DNA of 64,000 nucleotides from Polymyxa betae A26-41 (Eukaryota; Protista; Endomyxa: Phytomyxea). Under the pieces are notes generated by a model. It was not told the origin of the DNA, searched no databases, and saw nothing but the letters and a program-made list of their open reading frames with translations. The stretch lies in NCBI GenBank assembly GCA_003693705.1, contig RBZT01000721.1:65313-129312 (forward strand), read 5' to 3'. Numbering within the stretch: the stretch's first letter is position 1; each line of letters starts with the position of its first letter. Both the position numbers and the translations under genes were made by a program. Shown here in pieces: positions 49,002 to 62,249 of this stretch.

Positions 49002-51506
49002 ATGGGAAAGTCTCAGAACAGCTCGATTCAAGTCGTCTGCCGATTTCGGCCTCAGAACGCGCTTGAAGATGAAATGCACACCGAAAATGTCGTCGAAGTT
49101 TATGACAATAATGTCGCTAGTATCCAGAATCCAGGCCAGAAAGCGTATCGGTTCGACTTCGATTACGTTTTTGATGGAAATTCGCGGCAAGAAGATGTAT
49201 TCGAGAAAACAGCAGCGCCAATGGTTGAAGAAATCATCCAAGGGTACAATTCCACAATATTTGCTTGTACGTTCATCGCACAGCATCTTTTCTGAGATGA
49301 CAGAATGATCTATAGATGGGCAAACCGGTTCTGGGAAGACGTTCACTATGCAAGGAACTCCCGAAAATCAAGGCTTGATTCCTCGAACTGTGCAGCGGCT
49401 ATTCCAAGTGATAATGGCATCGCCCGATCAAATTGAATTCACAATCAGAGTCTCGTATATAGAAATTTACCTCGAGAAGGTCTGTGTATTCGTTCTCAGA
49501 CTTTCTTTTATGGTTGAGTAAGTTCTTCAGATTCGTGACTTGCTTGACTGCTCTCGAGAGAATCTTCGAATTCGAGAAGGCCCGACAGGAATGTGGGTGG
49601 AAGGCGCCACAGAAACCTACGTTTCTACTGCCAGCGAGCTTCTGAATATTATGAATTTGGGCATCGCCAATCGAGTGTTCTCGTCCACCAGAATGAACTT
49701 GGAATCGTCACGAAGCCATGCCGTCTTCATGATCGCTGTCCAACAGTCGGACCGGGTGACCAAGTCGAAGAAGCACGCCAAACTGCTGCTGGTCGACCTT
49801 GCCGGCAGCGAGAAAGTCGAGAAGACCGAGGCCTGGGGCACCGCCCTGAAAGAAGCTCAGAACATCAACAAATCGTTATCAGCATTAGGCAATGTGATTA
49901 ACGCTTTGACAACCAACAGCCCACACATCCCATACAGGTAACATTACTTTTGTTGCATCCAGAGGGCGGCCTCATGGGGCCATGGGGCACCGCTGGGGCC
50001 ACCAGTCTTAGCGCCGCGTCGCATGGGCTGATGCAACTATCGATTTCAAACAGGGCCTGACGCGTTCATAGGGACTCGAAGCTCACGAAGCTATTGACTG
50101 ATAGTCTGGGTGGCAATTCGCTTTGCTGTTTGATCATCTGCTGCTCGCCCAGCCTGTACAATGTCGTTGAGACCATCACGACCTGTAGATTCGGACAGCG
50201 TGCCAAACTCATTCAGAACAAGGCGAAGATCAACCAGGAGAAGTCGCTAGCCGAGTATAAGGCGCTTCTGGAGCAGGCTGAAAGAAAGATCGCGCAGCAA
50301 GCTGAAATTATTGCTCGATTGGAAGCTCCATTGTCTGATATTCAGCTCTTGGATAACAACGAGCTGCTGGACGAGCAGGACGAGGAGGAAGCAAGAGATG
50401 GCTTTGGAGAGGAGCTTCCGAACACAAGAAGAGGAAGCAGGACCGTCAATCATCGCATTTCGGTGGCTGCAGGATCGGCTCTGAACGAGATGCAGGAGAA
50501 GATCCTCAATTTAGAAAAAGAGCTGCATTTAGCTCAAGACGAAACTGAAGGGCTTCGTGATCAGCTCTCAGAAAAACAAAGTGAAATTGAGATCTTGCAC
50601 GAATCCCTAAACACAGTTGAAGGACAGCTTCAAGAATATAAAACCAAGGCAGACGAATCGGAGTGGCAAAGAAAGCACAGCCTTGACGAAGTTGCTATTT
50701 TACAAGCACAAACGCTTAAAGTGAATCTCGAGTTGGAGCAGCAAAGATTAAGGGCAGAACAAGCAGAGGTTGAAGCGCAACGATACTATGATGAGAATAG
50801 GACTAGATTGGAAGGATTAGGGACCTGGACGAAACAATTTGAACCGAAGCCAACCGTGGACGAAACATTATCGCCTGCAAAGCAAATCCATGTTATCACG
50901 AAGCAATATGTTGGGCTATTTCATGAGTTAGTCGACAAAGTGGAGAAAATTTTAGAGCTTCAAGAAGCAAATTCTGATTTACAAGAGGAAGTGAAAGCGT
51001 ATCGGAAATTCTTGGAGAAAGGCAGCATTGACGATGAGACCAGACGTCTATTTTCAAAGCGGGCCTTCGCTGAGAAGCAAGCGGCGAAGTTATCGGTTGA
51101 AAACGTTCAATTGAGACGAATCGAAGAAGAGCAGGCTAAACTACTGGATTCCTGGAAATCAAGAATATCGGACCTAGAGACAGGAGTAGATACCATGATA
51201 ACATTGGGAAGGAGACGACAGGATCAGACCGAACTTACGATCTTGGATTTAAAGCAAGAAATCGATGCATACAGGGCCGAGCTGCAACGCAGACGAGATA
51301 CTGTCTCAGCCGTCATCCCACACATTCATAAGCCAATCGTGGGCGGAATGAAAACAGAACTAGTCCATAGCGAAGACGATAAATTGAGCCATGAAGATCA
51401 GGCGAATCTGGCTGAAGTCAAATTATCGATTCATGCTGAAGAGACGAAATCCAGCCATGAGGATGTCACGGACGATCCTTTCTTAATAGAAGATCTCGAG
51501 GACTGA
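49002..51506 (+). CDS. Kinesin heavy-chain-like motor (kinesin-1 type) with coiled-coil stalk
   Basis: IQVVCRFRP, GYNSTIFAY/GQTGSGKTFT, SSRSH, LVDLAGSEKV, HIPYR/DSKLT. Confidence 0.93.
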
Positions 51507-51537
51507 TATAAATCGCAGCGATAATGTGTGCAATTTG

Positions 51538-53122
51538 CTAGAAATATATTCTGATACTACCAGCGATCGACATCTCTTGAAATTCGAACCCAGACTGGCG
51601 CGCATAGTCCATCACCGCTGGTCGTACCTTTCCGTAGCCCGAATAGGAATGCCGGCCCACGCCTGTGATCACATCCAACCAACGACTTTGCCGACTCTGG
51701 CCTTGTCTCCGTCCGAATTCTGAGCACAGTCGAGACAGCTCTTTGTGAACTCGATCCAGGGCTTCGTCAGGATGTAAACCATGAACATCGATGACATGAC
51801 CTGACAATTGTCAACACAAACTCGGGAACGGATTGTTCAGCAACCTTGACGTTTCGGCGCTTTCAAATGACGATTTCTAGATTCAAATATCTGACCAGAC
51901 GCCTCCTGGTGAAGCTGTTCCATCAAATTGTGATGATAACGACCTTTTCGTGACATTTCTTTCGCCAGCGCCCCATCACCTACAGAAAGCGTCACTCTCG
52001 AGCCATGTCGTATCTGTTTAGCACAAAGACCTCTCATGAAGGCTGCGGTTGCCGCAGTAAAGTAGGCATTCCGCTGCCTGGCATGTTCCATAGCAGCGTC
52101 ACGCTGCTCCATGTACACATTGTTGATAGAGGCACCGGTTGAAACAATAGGTGTGGACGTTGGCAACGGATTCTACAACCACGTTAGAACCGGCCGTCCT
52201 GATCCAAAAACTATTATTACAGCAACAGGGCGAGACGGCGTGCGTAGGGGTGGAGCCTTCAGAGGAGCTGCTTTTGGTTCAGACGCCTCGTTCGACGGCG
52301 GGCCGAAACGTGCCCGAAGGATCCCTTCCGTAACCGACGCCAGATTCTTGCCAGCCGTCCTAAAACGTTTTTAAGGCCAGAATTTGTAAAAGCTGTATTG
52401 GAAACCTAAAGCATTCCTCGACAACGTTCGCGTTAACATGCGACCATTGCCTTTGTAGGGATTCCAGTTTCATCTTGGCAACTAGATCAAAAGGTGCTGG
52501 TTGAGAGGGCCCGATCGGGGTTGGCAGCGTCTGCACTGGCTTTCTGTCTAGACAGACGGGGGATGATGGTTTGTTGGCCGTGCTGGTGACCCGATCGAGT
52601 TCGTGAAGAAAGTTGCAGTCCGATCCACGAGCGCAATGACCTTTCAGCCAGAACGAGCAAATGGCGCTGCGATCGGTACGAGAATGCAAAAACTGGCAGT
52701 TTGCGATCAAGCAATGGCCGTTAAGGAAATATTTGCAGACGGGTTTCGAGGCAGGTTTCTGCTCGGGCTTTGGCGTTTGATCGGTATCAGAATCTGTCTC
52801 TCCAAGTGATAACAGCCTCTCCACACACACCATAAGATCGCTATTATGAGCGATTAGGAAGGATTCCAAGCTGGTCATTCGAATCAGGCCGAATTCAACA
52901 AAGCACGATAAAGCACCTTGCTCGGCTGAATTCAGGGAAGATATTGGCGAGCATTGAGACCATATCAGCATGGGCTGGAGCTGCAGCAGGCGTCTGGGCG
53001 CTCAATTCGGCGGTTTGCTGCTGCCAGAAGCAACCATCGTCGCTATCGCTGCCACCGCCATCATCCAGTTGCGCCGAAGTCTGCCACGACGGGCAGAAAT
53101 CCTTCGCGTCCGGATTCATCAT
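51538..53122 (-). CDS. PAM2 + CCCH zinc fingers + DUF1771 + Smr endonuclease (CID7/Cue2-NONU-1-like)
   Basis: MNPDAKDFCP (PAM2); CKYFLNGHC...CQFLH and CSFWLKGHCARGSDCNFLH; RNAYFTAATAAF..GD..LAKEMSRKGR; IDVHGLHPDEA; VITGVGRHS. Confidence 0.87.
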
Positions 53123-53435
53123 GATCGGCGTCAGCGAAAGCAGTGACCGGGATCCGGGTCTTGTCTATTGAAGTGGATATCTCAGCGCAAATTTCAGTCA
53201 CGGTTGGTTCATGCGGGACCCGGACGCTTCACACTGTCCAATCACAGATACAATCTTGTATCAACTTTACAGTTTTCTATCTCGTCTTTGCTGCTCTGAT
53301 AGATACGCACTGAAGCAGCGTCCTAAATCTTTCAAACTAAATAGGTCTTTCCCTTATTCGGATTGTTGATAGAAGGCATAAACACGGCGACGGAGTTCGC
53401 AATTTCTGTGAAGCTAAACTTCGTCATATCGCTCG

Positions 53436-54372
53436 ATGTCTGGCCGCAGCTATCTTGGTACGAAATCGTATCATCCAGCGCGGCAGAAGAACCAGGCCAA
53501 AGTCTGGCAGGCCGAGCAAGCCCTCCAGCTGAGTTCGCAACACGAGGCCGAACGTCGGTCTGCGCTGGAAAAAGAGCGGCGTGCTCTGGAATCCGCCTCG
53601 AATGATGCTGAGCTGACTCGCGAAAGCGTCTCTTTTCTATATCGTGCTCCACCGGGGTCGTATAATTCAGTTTTATTATTTTTAATTTCATTTATTATTG
53701 TTTATTTAGGTATTTTCGGGATAAAGAAGCGGAAGAGAGGGCCGATCAGCAGCGAAAAATGAAAGACCCGTCACTACTGACTCTGAAAGACAAATTTCCA
53801 GAGATTAGTGAGTCCTCATTCTGTCAGCTCAATGGCCTATTCGAAACCGATCATTAGAAAATGCACCAATGGTGTCTGACGTGGCCAAATCTATGGACCT
53901 TCGCGTTAACATGCTGGGAAAGGTTCTTCGAAATGTTCAATGCACGAAATGCCAAGTTTGGGGGCATAAATCCGGCGATCGAGATTGCCCTCTGAAGGAC
54001 GTCCTGCTTCCAGCCGATATCGAACGTCGCGATCGTGAAGATCCGATCCGCGCTTTTCAGACGGCGACTTTGAAGAACGATTCGGCGAGCGGCCTCGTGC
54101 TAAAAGAAGAGATTGTGATTCGCGGCGGCGGCGATGCCAGCTGCCAAAATCAGCAGCTGCTGGCGCCGGGCTCTGATGAGGACGACGTCCACAAGGATGA
54201 CGACTCCGACCCGGAGATGTCGTTTCTGAGGCAGCTGACGCCCGAGCAGAGGGCAGCGCTGCTGAAGAAACTGACTAAAGATAAGAAGCGGAAACGGAAG
54301 AGGCACAGGTCGTCGTCGGCTTCTAAGCACAAACGAAGGCGATCGAATACCCCAGAGAAGGACTCTCGCTGA
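53436..54372 (+). CDS. CIR1: CIR1 (CBF1-interacting corepressor) splicing-associated protein
   Basis: YLGTKSYHPARQKNQAKVWQAEQ (Cir_N), VSFLYRAPPG, LRNVQCTKCQVWGHKSGDRDCP. Confidence 0.85.
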
Positions 54373-54766
54373 ACTTCATTTGGTGTCAGTATCCGAATCT
54401 TCTGTATTTATTCAGCCTATTATGTTTATATTTGAGCACTCCGAGGATAGTCTGCGATCTTGTATTGTTTGTTTAGAATAATTTGATAAGAAAAGCTTCC
54501 TCTTCTATATTCAGAAACCATAAAGCATACTCGCTTCAAGTATCATACTTGCTGAGGCAACAATCGAGTCGTCGGTATTTCTCTGTATGGAGGCTCGTCT
54601 CTACCTATGAAGTTTTTAGTTCGAGGTTTCGTGTAACATTACAATCTGCATTGATGCGCTCTACGGACCCCATTGAGTTCTGTTACATGGTCGTGAGCGG
54701 AGCCTTGTTAAGGACAATCACATTCCATTGTCTCATTGTTAATCTGGGCTTGACAAAGTCGTCATC

Positions 54767-57379
54767 ATGATGGAGAGCGGCGCGACAGCGCGTCCTCGCA
54801 AGGACACCGTCAAAAACAAGGCGGCGGCCCCGGTCCAGATCACGGCCGAGCAGATCCTTCGCGAGGCAATGGAACGCCAGGACGTGCAGCTTAAGGCGCC
54901 CGAACAGAAAATCACCGATGTTGATGAGCTGCTGCATTATCGTATTCGTAAACGAAAAGAATTCGAAGACGTTCTTCGCCGACAACGTCACAATATCGGC
55001 GTCTGGGTGAGATATGCGACTTGGGAGGCGTCGCAGCTCGAGTTCGAGCGCGCCCGATCTGTGTTCGAACGCGCTCTGGACGTCGATTACAGGAACGCCA
55101 GCCTGTGGCTGAAATATGCCGAGATGGAGATGAAGAATCGCTTCGTTAATCATGCTCGGAATATCTGGGACCGGGCCGTCACATTGATGCCTCGAGTCGA
55201 TCAATTCTGGTTTAAATACACCCATATGGAAGAGGTATGGCTGCTATATTCCTGTATTGTTTTCTTCTTTCCACATTTTGTTTCGAAACGTGTTTTTGCT
55301 TATTTGTTGTGTTCAAGATTCACTTAACAAGTTGAAGACATTTTGGTAAAGATTAAAACTTTCTTGTTTTCTTGTTTCTTCATGCTGCTTTTCTCAACGT
55401 TTTTTATGCTGTTATTGCTGTCTTGAATCTTATTGATAGCTGTTTGTAATCAGATGTTGGGTAATATCGCCAATGCACGAATAATCTTCGAGCGATGGAT
55501 GGCATGGGCGCCCGCCAAGAATGCCTGGTCGTCATATATCCATATGGAGATGCGTCATCGTCGTGATGACGATAAGATACTGGAACGTTGTCGGGACATC
55601 TACGAACGATTCATCGTCTGTCATCCGATTATCGAGTCGTATCTATCGTATGCGAAATTCGAAGATAAACATGGCGATCGTCATCTGGCGAGGGCAGTCT
55701 TTGAGGTAATTTTTTGGGTTGGTCATGGGCTGGTGCGGCTGATAACGCTGTTTACTTTCAGCGATGTTCGAACGATCTCGGCGACGACTGTTTAACGGAA
55801 GAGTTTATTTTGGCTTTCACAAATTTCGAGCTGTCGTTGCATGAAATCGAACGCACTCGCGCCATCTACAAATACGCTTTGGAGCGTTTGCCCAAATCGC
55901 AGGCGCACGAAATCTATCAGAAATTTACGAATTTCGAGAAGCAATATGGAAATTGCGAGGGTACTTTTTCATTCGATTTCTGTTTCGGGCACTTTGTGAT
56001 TTGAGGAAAGGTATCGAAGACGTGATCATCAGTAAACGACGCTCGCAATACGAGAACGAAGTCGCTGAAAACCCGCATAATTATGACAGCTGGTTTGATT
56101 ATATCAAGCTCGAGCTGGCCCAGGAGAACCCTGACCGTATAAGAGAGGTGTTCGAGCGTGCTATTGGTAACGTGCCTTTGATTAAAGAGAAACAGTAAGC
56201 TGGGTTGTAATGCGGCTCTTAATGCGGTTAATGTTTGTTTTTTAGGTATTGGGGTAGATATATCTATTTATTCATTCAGTATGCGATTTTCGAAGAACTT
56301 AAAGCTGAAGATCTGGAAAGGGCCGAGCTCGTTTATCAAGCGGCCCTCCAAGTCGTCCCTCACAAAAAGTGATTCGCCGTTTGGTTTGTTTGCACAGAAT
56401 GTTTCAATGTTTGCAATAGGTTCACATTCGCCAAGATCTGGATTCTGTTTGCAGAATTTCTGATCAGACAGCTGAAATTGAAGGAGGCGAGATCGGTGCT
56501 TGGGCAGGCGCTGGGTCGATGTTCTAAAGAGAAGCTGTATAAATATTACATTGAACTGGAAATGCAGCTCGGAGACGTCGATAGATGTCGTGTTCTCTAC
56601 GAGAAATATTTACTGTAAATTTTATTTTGAAAAATGTTATTAACAATCTAATTGATGGCTTGTAGAGCTTATCCCGAGAACTGCCATGCTTGGTCGAAAT
56701 TCGCTCAGCTGGAGAAGACTCTACAAGAATTCGGTATGGTTCAATCGTAGATAGATAATCATGTTATTCTGATCTGGCGGTCTTTAGATCGTGCCAGGGC
56801 GATCTTTGAACTGGCTATGGCACAACCTGTTCTGGATATGCCCGAATTACTGTGGAAGGCGTATATCGATTTCGAAGTCGGACAGAAACTGTACGATCGC
56901 GCTCGCGATCTGTATGAACGACTGTTACAGAAGACCAAACATGTCAAAGTAAAGTTTATTTCGAGTATCACAGACTTTTTTATAAGAGACTCTACCAGGT
57001 CTGGATCAGTAATGCTCAGTTCGAAGCGTCTATTAGAGAAGTGGAGAACGCCCGAAGCGTTTTTGAGAGAGGCAACCAGTATCTGAAGCAGAGCGGCACC
57101 AGCGATGAACGTGTTCAGCTGCTGGAGGCATGGCGCGATTTCGAGCGGCATTATGGCGATGCAGCCGCCCAAAAGAAGGTGGACGATTTGATGCCTCGGC
57201 GTCTGAAGAAGCGACAATTAATGATGAACGACGACGGGACCGATGCCGGCTGGGAAGAATACTACGATTATGAATTCCCCGATGATAAGAAGGGCGCCGC
57301 TAATATCGCCTTGCTGGAGCGTGCTCGTCAATGGAAAAAGCAGAAAATGGTTGAATCAACGGGCAACACACAACCATGA
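54767..57379 (+). CDS. CLF1: Crooked neck / Clf1 / Syf3 HAT-repeat splicing factor
   Basis: [87 protein letters not shown]. Confidence 0.96.
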
Positions 57380-58708
57380 TAAATCTAAACTAATTGTCGA
57401 ACATTCTGACAACGTGCTTCCAGTAGACTGTTATTGTGAATCTCATTTCCGAGTAAATAGCGATTTTGTGATCAATCGCCTGCCCTTCCACTCTGCCGTA
57501 CCTCTCTAGAATGTCAGTCCAACCCGCAAAAAAGCAGAAAGTTTCGGCTTCGGTCATGTCAACGAGACTGTGCAGCGTCTTCAAGGAAGGCAGGCCTCAT
57601 TGAGACAGCAATCTCTGGAAACTGAAGGACGTATCGATCGGATGAAAATATGGCGTTTGCTGAGGTCACTGAAAACGCCGAAACTGTTGACGATCGGACG
57701 ATGTCATTTGCGATACTGCGATAATTTCGGAATTTATTGCATTGATGCTTGAAACCCTCTTAAAAGGGATTCTGTTGGATCAAGAGCTCTTCGTTGATCT
57801 CCGGAGCAGAACATCTGGACAAGCTATTAGCAGCTGTCGCAAAAATGCTCAGTACTTCAACACTACAGAAGAAAGTTCTAATCAGCACCAGATACTAGAG
57901 AGAATACTCAGAGACATCAGATACACTAACAGACTCAAGAGACCCTATCCAGATAAGAGACACTATCGATGTAAGAGACGATAACAGATGCAAAGAGACG
58001 CTATCGGGTGCAAGAGGAAAAGGTATCTCTATCTCATCTCTGCAGATTTACCGCTCTACACTGAGAAGAGACAGTAGACAAGACCAACAGTCAGATCTAA
58101 CTGTCAGGACCAACTATCAGATTTAACTTTACTTCATCCGTAGAGATCTGTAAGGTGGACTACAGAGGATCAGGAGATCTATACCTGATCTAAGAGACTT
58201 TATCTCTGATCTATTTCTCACCTAAGATACTCTATTCTGATTTGAGTGAAGTTAGTTGTCTGTAGGGGTGCGGAGATGAGGGATTTTGTTGCCTCGTCTG
58301 TGGCCGACTTTAGCCTAAGGTCCGGAGAATGTTTCTGGTTGGCTGTCTTCTCAGCAACTGCCATTGGCCATTGGTGTTACAGCCTCGGGGCAACCAGATA
58401 TCGATGTTTTTTGGCCTAGCTCCTCCTACTCTAACCGAATACTTAGGAATGATTTGACTGGGAGAAGAATGCAAAATGTGTATTGAATAGATATCGTCGA
58501 TAAGGGAAAGGAAATTACATTTTCTCAATAAATTTACCCATCACTTTTGTCAATCTTCAGGACTGAGTCACAGTGCTCAGGAGATCCGGGGGCCGCGCCT
58601 CCCCCAGTGCTCCCAACATTTTTTGAAAAAACCACTTATCTTATTTCACAGAGAGTTAAGTTGTTCGTTGGTCGAGGTTCGAGGTTTGATTTCACACAGA
58701 CAGGATGG

Positions 58709-58956
58709 TGTCAAAACCGAACGACAATCAGATAAGGTTAGACGGGAGCGCAAGGACTGGGACTATAACAGGAGTAGGGTTTGGGACAGGAACAAGGGGA
58801 AGTCTTTCTTTATTAGCAGATTCCAGTCACACACTGGGTAAATAAACTATCGAGATGGGCTTCGTTTCCTCCTCTACTGTTACTGGGCCGCTCCATCGGG
58901 GCACCGAATCGTGCGTTCCAGTCTAACCTTATCTGATAGTCGTTCGGTTCTTGACA
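58709..58956 (+). mobile_element. LTR-derived miniature element with ~45-bp terminal inverted repeats and 5-bp TSD
   Basis: GATGG at 58704-58708 and 58957-58961; TGTCA...TGACA ends; TIR about 41/45 identical; interior homologous to the solo LTR at 27835-28090. Confidence 0.87.
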
Positions 58957-58957
58957 G

Positions 58958-59225
58958 ATGGCGGCAATGCAATGCAACATTTGCGACAAAGTGTTTTCTC
59001 GCTCGCATAATCTCAAACGTCACATTTCTCAACAGCATCAAAGAGATGCTGAGCAACCAAACATTCTATGCCCTTTTTGTGATAGAATCTATACAGATCA
59101 GCGTACGCTAGACGGCCATATTGCAGAAAAGCAACTCTCAGGAACAACATGAACGTGATGAAGGCAACTTCCATTGTGAGGAATGTGAAGACCATGTATT
59201 CAAAAAAGCCGAAGACCTTTCCTAA
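58958..59225 (+). pseudogene. C2H2 zinc-finger ORF, frameshifted
   Basis: CNICDKVFSRSHNLKRHISQQH and CPFCDRIYTDQRTLDGHI; a third finger FHCEECEDHVFKK lies in another frame. Confidence 0.65.
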
Positions 59226-62200
59226 ATAGTATGCCCTTTTATATAGTTAATCCGGTTTGATTATGTCGCTGAATCGTTAATAAGGGTCATGGCGTTAACT
59301 CCGTTATAAATTTAGAGTTTAAGTTAGAAGGTATGCTGCGAAACTATATCGGATCTATCGAAAAAGCCCAATATGCCCAGGTCCGAGGGAGAGAATCCTT
59401 GAAAAACAATGCTGTTTTGATAATTTTCGTTTGTCGTCGCTCTGCTGAATCTCGACATCATAAGGAGAGCAGAACCGAACGTTTGATAACTGCACTGTGC
59501 GCCCGAGCGCTCGCCTCTGCCCAATTATGGCGATAACGACGATAGAGGAACGGGATGCCGTGGCGGTCTGAGCCTACAATTGTTCTGGCAGTTGGTCAAG
59601 ATGAATGCCAAAGACATTCTGATTAACACTTTATTGTATAGGAATAAAGTATCATACGAACTGTTAGTCGGCTTATGGTATCAGAGATTCTCCTCTTCAT
59701 GCTTTGTATCTAGATTGCTTTCTCACTCACAAACAAATATTAATCAACTCCTGCATGTCTGATTCGCTCTTGAAGTATTTTATGAAATATTTTTTGGGTT
59801 TTGATACTGTCAGATTGCTGCAATCACAGCTTGATCATTCGATGGCGATTTGAATGCTGGACAAAAGTCACGAGCTGATCTGCCCTAGTCTGAACCTGAA
59901 TCAGGCCGATTGCCTGAATCGACGTCCGGCTCCTTGTAGTGATGGTAATTGGACTCATGTCGATGCAAAATCAGTGCTAGCTTAAGATCTTTATTGAACA
60001 TGGGAATTTCAAATACAGGGTGATTCGACCGCCAGAGCCTGGGGAATCGGTAGTGGGCCGTAGGCGATCGGATCCAAGGGGTCCCGATCTGGGACAAGCG
60101 ACTATCGCAGGACAACAAGCTATGATATCGATGGGACGGTGCGAACCAAATCCTCCGTGCTACATATAGTCCGGATCGGTCTAACAATCCGTTTTTGGCG
60201 ATATTGAAAACAGAGTGAGGGCCCCGGCGACTGACTCCGTGGGCCAATTTGAATCCACAATTGTAGACGGAAAATTGACGAGGTCTCAGGAATCACCAGA
60301 AATAGAATTCTATAAAGAACGTCATGTATTCGTTTTCACCTGATTACAGATTGGACAGGCAGGACAGCCCAAGCTGTCGATTTTTGATGAAATATTCCGA
60401 AAAAGTTGCATATCAACGAATGAAACAGACAATTTGATATAGTCGTATACCTAAATACGGCAGTATTATTTATAGTAATTTATTAATTAGACTCCGAATC
60501 GCCTGCCGATTCGTCCGAGTCACCGTCATTAGTGTCCGGTTTGGGGGGCGGTCGGTCGGACAGGCAGCTTCACGTCCGGATGTGCAGTGACCCAGGACTC
60601 AGCTGCTCAAATTCTGCCTGTGTCATGAATGTCTGCATATTCGGGTGGTGCTTGCTATCCAAGATTCGCTGGCGCCAGACGGCGAGAGCAAAAGCGTGCT
60701 GTTGTGAGGCCTTTTCAATGGCTTGAGACAGTCGCGAAGACGCTGTCGCGATCTCAAGCCCGGACATTCGTGTGGCTCGAGATTCCGTAGAGAACCTTCT
60801 GTACGAGTTGCCTAGCCCGGCTGGGGACAGGGAAGTGCTCATAAATCATAATGATTGCAACTTTCATTAACAAATGCCTTAATAAAACTAATTAGATTGT
60901 GGAATTTGGATAATTACAGAATTGGTTACCCTGTAATCGGTCGGCAGAGGAATATGACTCTAAGAACTTCGAAACGGCCTTCGAAGACCTCTCTAACTTG
61001 CCTCAAAACGGCCATCAGCCGGAGACATACGAAAGAGGAAAAGGAGAATGCCCCCGGCCTTTTTCTGCAGAAATATTTTGGAATGATATCAAAGCAGGAC
61101 TCAGGCAAAACAAAGCAGTAAAGGTGAAAGCTGAAGTTTGCCAACTTGAGAGGTACTGTGACTCGGTGAGTAATGCTAATGGAAAGACGCTCATAAAATG
61201 ACGAAACTGTAACCGGCGATGGCAGTTTCTTATATTCAGCCGGTTTCTGTTGACAAGGGGTCGACTGATAAATCTAGCACCAGCGCCACTATCGATTAAC
61301 TATTCTACAGGAATAGACGAATCTAATACAAGGAAACCTCGTATCACAAGGCCGGAATAAGGTTGAACGGATGCGTTTCCAGGATCCCGAACATTTTTAT
61401 AACTAAACTGTAATTTAGAAAAAAATTATCAAATTTGTTACGGATTCATACTTTTTTCTGATATTTCGAACATAACCCAGCTGCGGGAGGCGGACATGAC
61501 GTCGTTGCTTAATTAATTGGTCGATCGTTGATGTATCCGAGCGTTGCTTGGTCGACCAGATGGAAACAGATGGTGTTATTGTTGCCGTAGCACTCTGAAG
61601 ATTGCATCGGGCGGAGAAGTCCTTGGCAAGCAGCCTTCAGGGAGACCATTCGATTTAAGATGAGCGAGCAAATGCGAGATTGTATCAAATTGGGGACATC
61701 TCGGTCTCGGTACAGCAGCGTCCTACGTTTTTCCGTCTTCCCATCGACCCAAAACGGCAAGCTTATCAACGACATTGGATTTGATCTATATATCAGAGGT
61801 AAAGAGCCAGCTGATCAAATTGCTATTTAAGCCAACCACAAAAAATTGCTCCTCACAGTCGCTAAACACCATATATTGCTCATCGCAATTTCGTAAGAAG
61901 AGCTCAAAAAACAGGATAAAGATCGTGTAGAGCATGAAAAAAAATATGGATGATCCTCTTTCATGCAGAAATCACGCAGGATCGACACTTCTGTCGGTGT
62001 AAGCTTTGTGGTTTGATTTTGTCATTCGTGCGTGAGAAAAATCACGTTCAAGGCATCATAGTTTTGAAATTGACACTGCGTCAACGAGCCGAAAGCAAGC
62101 CATTTTGTTGAACATCTTGGGGCACTGGGACCCCATTTCATCAATGTTTCCTGCTTTCGGAGGCTGTCAATCTTGTTTACAATGGAGATGAATTCTCCAT

Positions 62201-62249
62201 CAAAAATAGGTTGAGTAGTTAAAATAGCACACTGACAACCAGAATGAAG

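Noticed and set aside
55234-55453. Long T-rich CLF1 intron as a snoRNA host
   Set aside because: No convincing box C/D or H/ACA motifs seen.
57500-58300. AGAGAC/GATCT-rich degenerate repeats and broken ORF
   Set aside because: No definable unit or family; probably decayed TE.
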